A stretch of DNA of 62,186 nucleotides, the filler included, from Sluysia triapertura (lineage: Eukaryota), in NCBI GenBank assembly GCA_046118255.1. It is 4 parts of 4 records of this genome, joined end to end, with 100 filler letters (N's around TTAATTAATTAA, not from the genome) between each part and the next. Parts side by side here need not be neighbours in the genome. Positions count along the whole stretch, not along the records: positions 14,741 to 37,285 come from JBJNIA010221798.1; positions 37,386 to 50,370 come from JBJNIA010066846.1; 2 more parts are not named here. One strand, written 5' to 3'. The notes under the pieces are model-generated. The model worked only from the letters and a program-made list of their open reading frames with translations, was not told the DNA's origin and searched no databases. Position numbers and translations under genes: made by a program. Positions within the stretch are counted from its first letter, which is position 1; each line of letters starts with the position of its first letter. Shown piece by piece: positions 25,201 through 37,465 of this stretch.

Positions 25201-28200
25201 AAAATACATACTTCAAATCGAATTTAAATTATTTTATTTATTTATGTACCTTTATGTTATATTTATGTAATATTTATATAATATAAAAATAATAATAACA
25301 TAATATATTTCATTAATTTATATTGCCTGTTTATTATTTTTTGTAATCCTTTAAGACATTTTTTAAAACATTCCCCAAGATGAAATACTCCGATAAAACT
25401 AATCTGCATTCTTCGCATGTAGTACAGTGGTCGTATAGTGGTCCGAACTTGACCAAAATGACGGGTCGGTGCAAATGAAAATACGAAATGCAAACAGTTT
25501 CTTATCGGACCATAAACGTTTCAATGTGTATGATAAATTAGTGTCGGGGCTGCCTTGACAGAGGACCGCAAAGGTTTAATTTAAAGTCTGGATTGAGATT
25601 TATTTCAATGTTAACGATCTACCATAACAAAATAATAAACGACTTTGCCAATTGCAGAACAATAAAAACTAAAAATAAAATAAAACCTAAAATTCATTCA
25701 ACACACTCATAGCATTAGTGTTTTTAAACAACATTTAATTCTCGAGCTTTTGATTTGGATTCAACTTAGCACTTAAACGTAAATAATTTTTTCTGTTTGA
25801 TTTTGAAGCATATCTGATTGAGGTATTGTTTATGAATTAACTTCAAATGAATCTGAAACTGATGTGCTTTATTTGAATTGTATTATCGATTGATATTGGA
25901 GCACTTTGCGATTCGTCTATGGAATCTGTGAATGGAGGTTGTGAATATGGATGATGACGATTGCGACTACGTGACACACGTGTCCATATAGAACATTTTC
26001 ATTATCAATATTGTGTTGGTGAAGACAACATTTATATAATCGTGTTATGCCGCAACTACTGCTGCCACCAACGGTAGGAGTGGCACATTGACTGCGTCCA
26101 AGATTACGAACACTAGTCTTATTTCATCAAACTCGATTTCTGAATGAGTCACTGTTGCCAGACACACAATTATTTTCAGTCATTAAACCAAGGTAACAAA
26201 CTTCATAACTCAACACCATTGAAAAGTAACTTCCTATTTTAAAATATCTACAATTTAATTCGTTTCTCAAATTTTGTGTATATCTTACTTAATGTATGAC
26301 AATTTAATCTATGCTGTCTCTATGTTTTCTTTTTAGATCTGTTTTGTGAATTTGTTTTCATTAATTTGTTTGAAATTTCAAACCGTAGAAAAAATATCCT
26401 CTGGAGTGATGAAACTGTATTTCATATAGAAGGGTTTGTGAACCATCACTACTGCACTGCTGGGCAGGAGAAGATCCTCTTGAAACGGTATGATGTGGAA
26501 TTGTGGGTCCCTTTATCCTTCGTGATACTATGAATGCCGGAAGGTACCTCACTATGTTGAGAGATGAAGTTTGGTCAATTGAAGATTTGATTTTCATGCA
26601 AGATAGAGCTCTTCCACACTGAATGATAAATTTCCTGGAAGATGGATGGGACATCATGGTTCGCACGAATGGCCAGCCAGAAGTCCTAGCTTAACACCAA
26701 ACCAACAAATTTGGAAGAACTTGAAGTTATGGCTTTCATGCCATAACTTGTGAAATCAATTGATTCGATTCCTGGTCGACTCGAGAAACTGGTGGCGAAT
26801 GATGGTGTCTTTTTATAATATACTTTTATATATTAATTAAACGTATAAATTATATTTAAATTATAAACTACAGTTATTTTAAAATAGAGAGTTACTTTTC
26901 AATCACTCCATATATTGAATGTCAAAACTTGAACTCATACTGTGAACTAGATCTTCTGCATCGCCTTGTTTATGATCGTCTTCATTGACACAGGGATGAA
27001 TTAGTTAATTTATCGACTGAATTCAGAATCAGAAAGGAACACCTTGATACCACTTATTACCAATTCTTAACATCTTTAAGTGGAACTCCTTTATCTTCTA
27101 AAGATTTCTAGATATTGTAATAGAGTTATGTTATCAGATAAAGAATGAAGATTTAAATGAATGTGTTAATATAAAATATGAAATATTTTATTTATTAGCT
27201 TATAAGTAGTATAAATTACAAAATAATGGAAGTACTATATAGATAAAACACAATAATAATGTATTAAACCAAAGGTGCGCAAACTAAATGGCGAGTCTCT
27301 GGATGGTGGCTCTAAAAATTTTAAAAATGTAGATTTTACAATCAAAGTTTTGTTTTTTCTTTGAATATTTTTTTTTGTTTTTTTACCAATTCAAGTAATT
27401 CCATCATCTAATTCCATAATTTACGATATTGATGTAAGAACAATCATCAAGAATAAAATTTCAAAGCAAATATACTTACAAATTCATAAGCAATTATACA
27501 TGCGTACTAGAGATGTTATGCTATTTGGTTTTCTGCTATTTTTTAGCTGTTAATTGCAGCTATTATTAAATAACAGCGACGTGTTGAAAATATATTAATA
27601 TTTCACTTATGTGAAATATTGCATTTTTGATATAAAGAATTAAAATTTATTTTTGTTAATTTTCTTTATTTTTGCTAAAGAATTAGAACTATTTTCATAA
27701 TATTTAATTAATTTAATTTATAAGAAACAGAAAAATACATTTTGTTATTAAAAAGGTTTTTGTTTTATTTATGAAGTTTTTTTTATTAAGTTGGGGCGCC
27801 AAAAATAAATAAGTTGTAATGGGGGCGCAACTTGATTAGAGTAGTTGCTTCGTTTCACTTGTTCAGTCGATTTCATAAATTTGTGCCCCACCTTGGTCTA
27901 TGTTGTACTATTTCGTTGATATTTAAAATGAATGATATTGTTATTTGATTTGATTTATTTATTTGTTTTGATTTCTATTTCTGTCAATTAGGTGCACGCT
28001 TATATCATTAGTTCACTACAATCTCAAATGCCGGCATTGTTAGGTAAAGATACGAAGAAAAAGGAACTAATTCAGAATTTACAGAAGACGTACGATCAAA
28101 TATCGAGGCAGTACGGGATTTCCATGGGTGATTTTCCGAAGTTAGAACGAATGCAAACTATTTTACAGGTTATTATCTTAACTTTCTGTTTTTTTCGAGT

Positions 28201-31200
28201 TTCAAAAAGAAGAGAAAAACTATCTAAATTTTCATATCGATTGATAAATCTGAAACACAGAATTGTAAAATTTTTATAAGATTCATTATACAATATTCAT
28301 TGCAATGACATTATCAATTGGAATAATATCGATTGCACTTCGTAGAGTACAAGTTCAAGTTCGATAACTGTAAAATTCAAATCATTGATTTATTGATTTT
28401 TTTGATACGTAAATAAGATTTTTCTACGTTTCATTAAAGCAACTCGGTAGTAATTGCAACTATGACTTAGTTAATTATTTAGTTTCGTCCAGGGCCGGAT
28501 CTACGGTTTCGAGCGCCATTTCGTCCAAGAATATACAAATTTACTGCGAATTAAAATAATTGTAAAAAAGACAAAAAGAACTGTTTTATTTAAAAATAAT
28601 CCAATAGTTATTTACTTACAAGCGATACAACATATGGAATAACATAACGAGCACATTTGAAGTTTGAGCAACGAAGTTATGCTATTCCTGTTGTATACGT
28701 GTGACACACAAGATTTTTTGTAATGCTATTTGTCAAGAATTCAATAACGTAGTTAATTAAATTAATCCATTTTGAAAATCAGTTTGTAAACAGTTTACAA
28801 AATCTGGTATTATTAAAGAAAAAAATTTATTTCTTGCTAAAAAATCGATGTCTCAAGAAAAATGATCGATTTTAATTTATAAAATCTAAAAAGTATTTCA
28901 GAATGTAAAAAAAATATTTTATTTTTATATCGGCGCTCCTTAAAATTTGGTGCCCGGACAGCCGCCGGGATTGCCCGCCTATTTATCCGGCGTTGGCTTC
29001 GTCCACGGACCCTGCCTTACTACTGCAGCTATTTCGTTGCGGTGTAGTAAAATTATGAAACTACTTATTTCTTTAGCTAGTAGTTCTTTAATTTAAAAAT
29101 TAAAAAATATTTTCCATCGAAGTAGAATTAGTGGAAATCTGGAAAAGCGCTCTATCACACTGTTGTATCGTGTGAAATCTCGATGCCATTGTGGAACAAT
29201 GGGAAGGGTACCGACAATATCCATATGGATCATCTCGAATAATAATTGAAGTATTTGTAATCTTAACATCCTTGTGCATAAATTCGATAACCTTCGACCT
29301 AAAACTGGTGTCAAGTATGCTAAATTGTGAGATGGAAGATTCTATTGCAAACATTGCTACGAATTCGATACATATGATAAAGCATCATCAAGTGGCATGT
29401 GTTCGAAGTTAAACTGGGATACAAATAGCTGATGCATTGGACATGATTTGGATAAGAATTCTTCACGGAAAAGAAACGAAATCCAAAAACTCAAAATCTT
29501 TATCTCCACACAAAGTGTGGAATCAGAAATACAAAATATCTTGCAACACAACATTCATAATAGTGACAACAGTGCAACAATCTATAAATACAAATACAAA
29601 TCCATTCATTAACATATACTTCTCATCATCATCACCATCATTATCATCAAGTATCTCTGTAGTCGTATTTCGTAATCTTTCAACAGCATCAAGAACTACA
29701 AAATATGATCTTAGAAATTATTCTCCCATCTCAAACATCTTACAACACTTACAATAACAATAACAATATTCACTAATTTGTTAGTCACATTGTTCACACA
29801 CATTTTCAATAATCTGTAGCAATATTATGAGTGATGTGTTCTCAATGTAAACATTGTGTCACTATATGGGTTCGAATACACCACCGAACCAATTGTTGTA
29901 ATTGCAAAAACAGTGCAAGCATAATTTGTGTGTGCATGACAGGGGAAATGTTGATAAAAAGTATTGATAACTCCCATTTCTTTCCAGAAGATAAATCCAT
30001 GAGCAGCACCAGAATTTGACAAAATTTGGGTCAGAACCGACGACAGCAATAAACGAGGTTTAAAAAATTATCAATTGTCTTAAATTGTACAAAAATTGTC
30101 ATAATTCTTTTAATATCCTTCAAGGACTTTTAACAATACTCAATCGTTAAAATTATTTCTGCATCATTTTTTCGCTCTACTTTTAAATGGTGTCACCTTA
30201 TTTCAACCAACCCAAACCTTTAAAATAACAAATTAAAGGTTTACATAGCGGCATTATTAACTGTCGCTTTATATCTTATTTTAACTACAATTATTATACT
30301 TGATAGTGATCTTAGATCAATTCTTTTCTCCTTTATTTATAAAAATGCGTACTCACAAAATGCCCTCGCAGTCGTTATACATGTATATCGGCACCTATTA
30401 ATATGTTTACTGCCGAGCCACGCAACATGAACCTCCTCTACCTGTTAAGCACAACATGGCTTTTTTTAGTTGTGACAGAACGAATTAAAATCATGTTTAT
30501 TTTTATTCGTCATATTTAAAATGCTTTTTCGTTTAAATTAAATTTCTTATTAAATAATAAGCTCTGATTTGTTAATAATATTTCATCCAATGATTTTCAT
30601 TGCAGGATCAAGATTTCAAAACATTTTCCAATTTGAAACCACGTCTAATTGAGACAGTTGATGAAATGTTGCAAAACGATATTGCCAAATTGATGCAGAT
30701 GATTCCGAAAGAACAAATGGAACAGAATCAAGCTGAAGAAAATGAACCTAATCTACACCCATCTAGTCATATCAAAGGTGGAGCATTTACTATCAAGGAA
30801 ACAGAGAATCCATTTGGAATTGGAGCTAGTGATGGTACTTTTTGATGTTTTTATAACTACTAAGAAATGAGCATTCAAAATTGTTTCGAATATATCCAAA
30901 ATATTTCATAATCTTCCAGTGATTTGACATCTTAATATACTGGGTTGGTGCATCCATTCATGCGGTTTTATTCCTCAAATAAAACACACCAATTGGTTTG
31001 AGTTATATTCATTCAGCTGAATTATCTATTTAAATCATTTTTGACTAACTTTCACTTTCATTACCCTCATTAAAATGGAGTGTTAGGTAGATAAAAATGA
31101 TTATTTCCAGTATCTACTCCTTTTATATTTTTTCATCTTTTCGCTCCATGTCGAACCATCTTTCTGGTGTCACATTTGAAAACGAAAAAGCAATAACAAC

Positions 31201-31853
31201 GTGGATTGAAGAATTTTTCGACCAAAAATCACCAAGCTTTTTCAAACGTGGGATTGACAAATTGTCACAACGGTGGAAGGAAGTGATTGATTGTGGCGGA
31301 GAATATCTCACCGATTGAGAGACTGAGATATAATTGTTTTTTCTAATGATTTTATAAATTCATTTTGTTATCTGTAATTTTTTGCATGGTTTTTATTCTT
31401 GATCAGTATGCATTTTTCATAAATGTGAAAAACCGCACGAACTTATGCACCAACCCAATATCGTTTTGTGATTATTAAACACTTTGAACAGGTATCAATC
31501 GGGGAAAATTCGATCACAACTGGATTATCGAGCAGTTCCGTGACGAATACGATCAAGTGTTTATGAGTCTGAATCCTCAGAACGGCAAAGTTAGCGGTTC
31601 AGCTGCTAAGGAACATATGATCAAAAGTAAACTGCCTTACAACATTTTGGGTAAAATATGGAAGCTGTCTGACATCGATCAAGACGGTGCACTGGATCAG
31701 GAGGAGTTCTGTGTGGCATGCTACTTAATTAAACTGAAATTGGACGGTGATGAAATACCGAATAAGCTGCCAGATCATTTAGTACCACCTGGAAAACGTA
31801 GTTTGATGGCAAATCCAACGGGAGATGTCGTTGTCAATGACGGGGCATGCTGA
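16272..31853 (+). CDS. EHD1: EH domain-containing protein (EHD/RME-1/PAST1 family); exons 16272-16666, 16702-16921, 24317-24607, 27992-28168, 30606-30834, 31492-31853
   Basis: P-loop [62 protein letters not shown]-terminal EH domain ([26 protein letters not shown]). All introns are GT-AG with consistent phases. Paralog number cannot be determined. Confidence 0.97.
17384..17650. mobile_element. Non-autonomous hAT-like MITE
   Basis: TIRs CAGGGTTGGCCAA...TTGTCAACCCTG and GAGCC(A/G)C subterminal motifs; no clear TSD. Confidence 0.65.
17880..18125 (+). mobile_element. Tc1/IS630-like transposase N-terminal (HTH) remnant
   Basis: [19 protein letters not shown]...[12 protein letters not shown]...ETFGINVS. 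Confidence 0.45.
20090..20360 (-). mobile_element. MULE (Mutator-like) transposase remnant
   Basis: [21 protein letters not shown] resembles the MULE 'ALAF.P' motif. Confidence 0.5.
26215..26910 (+). mobile_element. Internally deleted Tc1/mariner-superfamily (maT-like) element
   Basis: TIRs ATTGAAAAGTAACT..TATTTTAAAATA / TATTTTAAAATA..AGTTACTTTTCAAT; remnants GIVGPF, FMQDRA.PH, FPGRWMG..WPARSP.LTP. Confidence 0.8.
28490..28995 (+). mobile_element. hAT-type non-autonomous element, copy 1
   Basis: CAGGGCCGGAT...ATCCGGCGTTG; 8-bp TSD GTTTCGTC/GCTTCGTC; homologous to 40350-40845. Confidence 0.85.
29100..29560 (-). mobile_element. Gypsy integrase-region remnant
   Basis: RSKVIEFMH...[10 protein letters not shown]...VIERFSRFP. 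Confidence 0.55.
30940..31458 (+). mobile_element. Internally deleted mariner element in EHD intron 5
   Basis: TA-flanked TIRs CTGGGTTGGTGCAT../..ATGCACCAACCCAA; C-terminal transposase [31 protein letters not shown]. Confidence 0.9.
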
Positions 31854-32249
31854 TAATGTAGTTAGTAGTGTATATAATTACAGAAATATATTCCGATTTT
31901 TTTGGCATTTGTCTTTCACATTTTCAAACTTTTCGACCCTGACGATTCTTGTTAACCTAAAGCTTAATGTACAGAATACTTAGTAAATAAGTTATTGAAT
32001 GTAAAATTTAAAAATGAAACTACATTTTATTTACAACTACTTACTTCGAACTGCGATACGTGTAGAAAAGCAGAAACATCTTGAAAATAAGAAAAGAAGA
32101 AAGCAGGATGTAGATGAAGTGTAGATGATAACCGACGGATGAAACAGGCTAATAGTGATAACTAGTAATGAACCGCCTGTAACATGATATCCTTGTTATG
32201 CGTCTGTATCTTTACCAAGCGAATATGTCATAAATTTACACTGATTTTT

Positions 32250-32600
32250 CTCATTAAAATTCGTAAAAAATTAAACAAGCGGACGTTTAAGTGTCAAATA
32301 AAAATTGGAGAAAATTGGTGGTGCAAATAAATGGAATGAATTCTAGGGTGATAATTGGTATATTATTGACTATAATAAGGTATCAATGAAAAATTCTGTA
32401 TAAAGTAATATTTTACACGAGGATACATTTGTAGAAACAATCGCAGTTAGCAGCGCTGAAGCTGAACGATGAAAAGATCTTCTCTCACTGTTAAACACGA
32501 TTCGAATTTTATGACGATCTGCTTGAATGGGAAATCTTTGTAATAATTTAATGCTAGTACGTACGTTAAATCATCGCTCGGTTCTGATAAATCTAAAAGT
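32250..32600 (+). mobile_element. hAT transposase C-terminal remnant
   Basis: VETIAVSSAEAER dimerisation-domain motif. Confidence 0.5.
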
Positions 32601-34396
32601 GGAAGGAAATACAGTATGGCAGCTTCTGGGATAAGTTGTAAATTTTTTTTCTTGCAGCAGTACAGATGCCATATTTTTCTTTATTATATTCTACTGTATT
32701 GTTTGTCTATTCCTTATTAATATGATATTGTATATTTTGTATGAAATAAACAATTTAAGTTAACATTATTTTGTTCTCGTGATACATTGCTAGAGTACTA
32801 GTTGACACGATGAGTCTCGAGAAAAAAGAGGAGCCCATTGTTAAAAATACCATGGCTCACCACTAATTGCTACTGTTATTGCAGCCGACATTGTTGTCAT
32901 ATACAAAATATTTTTTAAATTATTTTTTACTATGCAATGAATATAATTAATTATATTTTCAGTTATTCGATGATTGACGGACGAAAAAAGAGGACAAGTT
33001 TTATATTTGGATATTTTTAACATTCCCTTGATTTTATTTTCATACAAAAAATGTCCACCACTATTCGATAATTAAATTAGCACGGTGCCAAATTTATTTG
33101 CAATTTATTAATTTATTAAAATAAACGGTGAGATTATTATTTTGTTATTTTTTTAATTTTGACGAATTAGTGAATAAACTTTGTAAATAAACAATCATTA
33201 AAATGATTAATGTTTTCAAATTATAATTGGCTAATTTGATTGCGAATGAAAATTTGGATTTATAATACTTAATCGATTTATTGTTTTTATACTTATATTG
33301 GTGGTGTATGGTTATTAATCAGTTTGATGAGCCAATGAAATAACAATGGACACTAAATTTGTTAAGTACTTGCTGACACTTGAAAAAAGGCCTTTCTGAT
33401 ATTATACTTTATTATTTTATTATCATAATAATAATAATTATTATTTTGCGTTGACACAAATTTATTTTTATAAATATTTCAGTTTTTTATAATCCTTCGT
33501 AATATAAATGATGAAACAACGATTATTCATTTATTTATAATGTCGAATATAGTCATGCAAGGTGTTCTAAATTTATTTTGTGGAAAGTCTCAAATTCCTA
33601 AAATTTATTTGTATTACTTTCTAATTTGTCAGACTAATATAAATGCACTAACTGAAAGGAAGTCGAACCAGACATATCTGGCTGCACATTCCGATGATTA
33701 AAAACATGTATTAATATAATAGTTCTAGTCTCTTCTTTCTCTTTTCAGAGAAGAAAGGTCTTATTGTTTTGGGGAGCAATTTTCTTTCTTCTTTCAGGGA
33801 CCGTGCAGGACATGGTCGTGGTACTCCACAGCTAGTCGTACCAGGGTCTTGTGGAAGCCAAGTACCTTGAGAAGCCTGTCATTTTCAGGATTCCATGGCC
33901 CAAAATATCCAATATATGAGATGTTTAAGACTTATTTGCTGTTCTCACGAATAAAAGCTTATTATGCTAGTGTTTTCCTTAACTTAGTCTTACGAATGAA
34001 AAGTGAGTTCACCAACATATTAGTCTTACCAGTTGGGGCTGGCCATTGGATTTGAAAGTAAAAACGTAAAGTTATAAATTTTATTGTAATACTTTTCCTA
34101 AATGTAAAAAGAGGCGAATTTTAATAGTTAGTAATTTAATCTGGTTCTTAAATTGAACCTTTTAAGATTTAATTAGTTATTTTGTTGAAGTTCTAAAATA
34201 AACCTTAAAATTTATTTTCAATGATTTTGATTAGGTTCTAAACCGATCCTTTAAAATTTTAATCAGATTTTGGAAGTTAATGTTTTAATATGGTTCTAAA
34301 TTGAACCTCTAAAAATTTATATAGGTAAAAATAAATTGTAACAAAAATTGAAAATAATTTATATTAAATATTACAATATATATAAAAGCTTAAAAA

Positions 34397-34553
34397 TGTT
34401 GGGGTAAAAAGGCCTAAGATGCCATTTGGTAAAATTGACAATAATAAAATAAAACTGTTAGACGGGGCTGACAGCTCAGTGGTAGAGCAATCGAACTGTG
34501 CAGCGGTGATCCCGGGTTCGATCCCCGGTCAGTCAATTATACGAAGTCTAACA
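34397..34553 (+). mobile_element. Solo-LTR-like short element with tRNA-derived core, copy 1
   Basis: TGTTGGGGTAAAAAGGCCTA...GAAGTCTAACA; TSD AAAA; internal box A/B. Confidence 0.75.
34465..34536 (+). pseudogene. tRNA-derived sequence (Ala/Cys-like arms, defective anticodon arm)
   Basis: Acceptor GGGCTGA/TCAGTCA, D arm GCTC-AGTGGTA-GAGC, T arm CCGGG-TTCGATC-CCCGG; anticodon stem is not canonical. Confidence 0.75.
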
Positions 34554-36220
34554 AAAATAAAAATTTTAAATTTGGATTAATTTATAATTAATCCAATCTT
34601 TGTCAACAAAAATATTTTATTCAGCTACTTCGAAATAGTAACGTTACTCTAATGAATTTTAAGTCGGAATTTAAAAACGCAATAATAAAAATTGCAAAGA
34701 AAACGATAATTTTTCTAAGCCTGAAATAATTTTTCAGAAAGGTATATTTGATCAAAGAACTGGTGAAGCACACACGTAAACGAATTATTGTCTTATCAAA
34801 TATTGTGTGTAATGGTACTATCTTTTTATATTAAAAAGATGACCTTGAGGTCAAACAATTAAACAAATATTTTAAAATTTTTTAAATAATATAACTAATT
34901 TTAAAAATTTAATAATAATAAAATTAATAATTTAACATTAGTTATAATCAATAAAATTAATAATATTAAATTCTAATAAAATTCCAATTAATTAAATTTT
35001 CATTAGATGTAAAAATATAAATTAACAATAAGTTTAATCAATAATTATGTACAAAAATCGATAATTTTGTATATACATAAGTATATACATACAAGCTTAG
35101 ACATTCATAAGTATAATATATATGAAATTTTTAAAGAATCTTATGAAATAAAATTATTATTACAAATAATTAACATAGATAGGTAGAAAAAGAATCAGTG
35201 TGGTGAAGGAGAAAATATTCAGAACTTCCTGAATGCATTATTAAGTACTAAACAACTTTAGAACCTTGATCAAAACTATAGAAACTTTTACATTAAAATA
35301 TGTACAAGATAACATAATATATTTATAATAAACTTTGTAAGAATCTACTATCGGGTTTTCCAATACTTACACTCACCTGATCAATAAATAGTTTTTATGA
35401 GGTCGCTTACAATCTTCCACTTACGGATTACGTCTAGTCCGAAGATTTTTAGAAAATAAGCTACAGTGAAGGATTAACACGCTTGGAAGTCTAATTTTGT
35501 TTCGTATTAACTTGAGGATTCGATTGAAAAGTCTTAAGAAGTGTCTAAGGTTTATCAGATATAAATATGATTAATTGGTTAGTAAATTTTTTATTTTAAT
35601 TCCCCTCTGAGACAATATTAATTAAATTTGAACATTATTTTTGTTTATTCACTTTCCGACTTGTTGTGAGGTTAGATAAAACACTGATTTTACTTAAGTT
35701 ACCTTCAATGAGAACCTACGGAAATAGATAATTTTTAGGACTCGGTATTATAAACTTTGACTGACAATTTTAATGAAAAATTATAACTACAGAAATTAAT
35801 ATTATTTACTTTTGATCCATTTTAAAGGATTAAAAACACAAATTATATAGTTTATTAAATTATAAATCTTAGAATTTATAATTTAATTTATTAGAAATTT
35901 TACTACAATAAATTTAGTACAAGGTCATTTCTGTTTTTCAATTCTCAAAATTTTTTGAATACTTATATAAAATTGAATATATAATTTGCTCAATTATTAT
36001 TATAATAATAACAATTGCTGTAATATGATTTTAAATGTAACAAATTTAAAAGGTTATGAAAAAGTTTAATATCAAATTTAAGTATATTTTAAAGTACATT
36101 TTAAAACGTTGATTTTCTTATAGATATTAAACTAACAATTATCAAATGAGTTTAAATGGTTGTTGTAAATGATTGATATGATAAATCGATTTCCAATTTT
36201 TATGCTAGATCTTTTAATAT

Positions 36221-36360
36221 TGTTGGGGTAAAAGGCCTATAAAGTGCCAAGTAGTATAATTGAATATATTGAAAATGAAAAACTTAGACGGGGCTGATAG
36301 CTCAGTGGTAGAGCATTCCCGGGTTCGATCCCCGGTCAGTCCATTTTATGAAGTCTAACA
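36221..36360 (+). mobile_element. Same element, copy 2 (anticodon arm deleted)
   Basis: Same termini; TSD ATAT; D arm joined directly to T arm. Confidence 0.8.
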
Positions 36361-37385
36361 ATATAATAATTTTCTTGTACAAAGCAATCTTCATCATTTG
36401 GAAATAATTTGTCCAAATTTCAAAATTAGAAATATTTACGATTTTTAGAATTTAGTTTTATAATACAATTTTTTTATTGAATTATTTTAGGCGCTAATTA
36501 TATCACATTTCTATTCACATTTCTACTTTAATAAAATGTTTTTATTAATTAATATTATAGTTATTTAAAGTTTTGGAGTTATAAGATTTACATATTGGAT
36601 TAAAAATGGTAAATCATTATTAACAATTGTAAGATTGTAAAATTTCAACATATTGTTAAAGAAATAATTAATGAATTTTATCTCAAATCTTTTTTACTTT
36701 TACATTATAATAAATTTCAACAAGAACAACGAAATAATAACGTGAATTTTTATATTTAATAACATCAAGTTTAATTTTTATGAACATTATTTATACAATT
36801 CTTATTTTACACATTACTATGTCTATAATCGAATATATATGTAGGTCTTCAGATATTAGATTATGCAAAATAAACAATGATTAAATAAATCTTTTTAAAT
36901 AGCTAAACAAATGAAAATTACTTTGTAAGTAATATCATTATTTTGGTAGTAGTCTTTCAGTTGATTGTCGTTGAATTGCCTGTGGTATTGGTAACTTCCA
37001 TACTTTATTGATCTTAACAAATCGTCAAATCTTTTTTATGTTCTATAGTTTGTTCCTGATAAGTGTTGATTTCAAATATTAGTGGTAATATAGATGTTGG
37101 GGTTGTCGAAAAATAAAATGACTGAAAGAATATTGCAGCTTCAAGGTAAAGAGATGAATATTTTATAAAAATTTTCCCAAAAATTTATAAGTATATTAAT
37201 TAATTAATTTAATTAGAATTATTTGAAAATCATTTTTAATCAATAACTTTTCTTATGATATTTGCATGGAGGTGAGTATCACACANNNNNNNNNNNNNNN
37301 NNNNNNNNNNNNNNNNNNNNNNNNNNNNNTTAATTAATTAANNNNNNNNNNNNNNNNNNNNNNNNNNNNNNNNNNNNNNNNNNNN

Positions 37386-37455
<70 letters not shown>
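37386..37455. repeat. (AAT)n microsatellite (another at ~59667-59711)
   Basis: Read directly. Confidence 0.95.
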
Positions 37456-37465
37456 TAAAACTCAC

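Noticed and set aside
34140-34310. CRISPR-like periodic palindromic repeats
   Set aside because: Eukaryotic context, no cas genes, repeats degenerate and spacers similar to each other.
34465-34536. Functional tRNA gene
   Set aside because: Anticodon arm is malformed, position 8 is C, and the sequence is embedded in a repeated element whose other copies lose the arm.
34397-36360. Copies 1 and 2 as paired LTRs of one element
   Set aside because: Each has its own TSD, no PBS or PPT is seen inside, and the copies are quite diverged.
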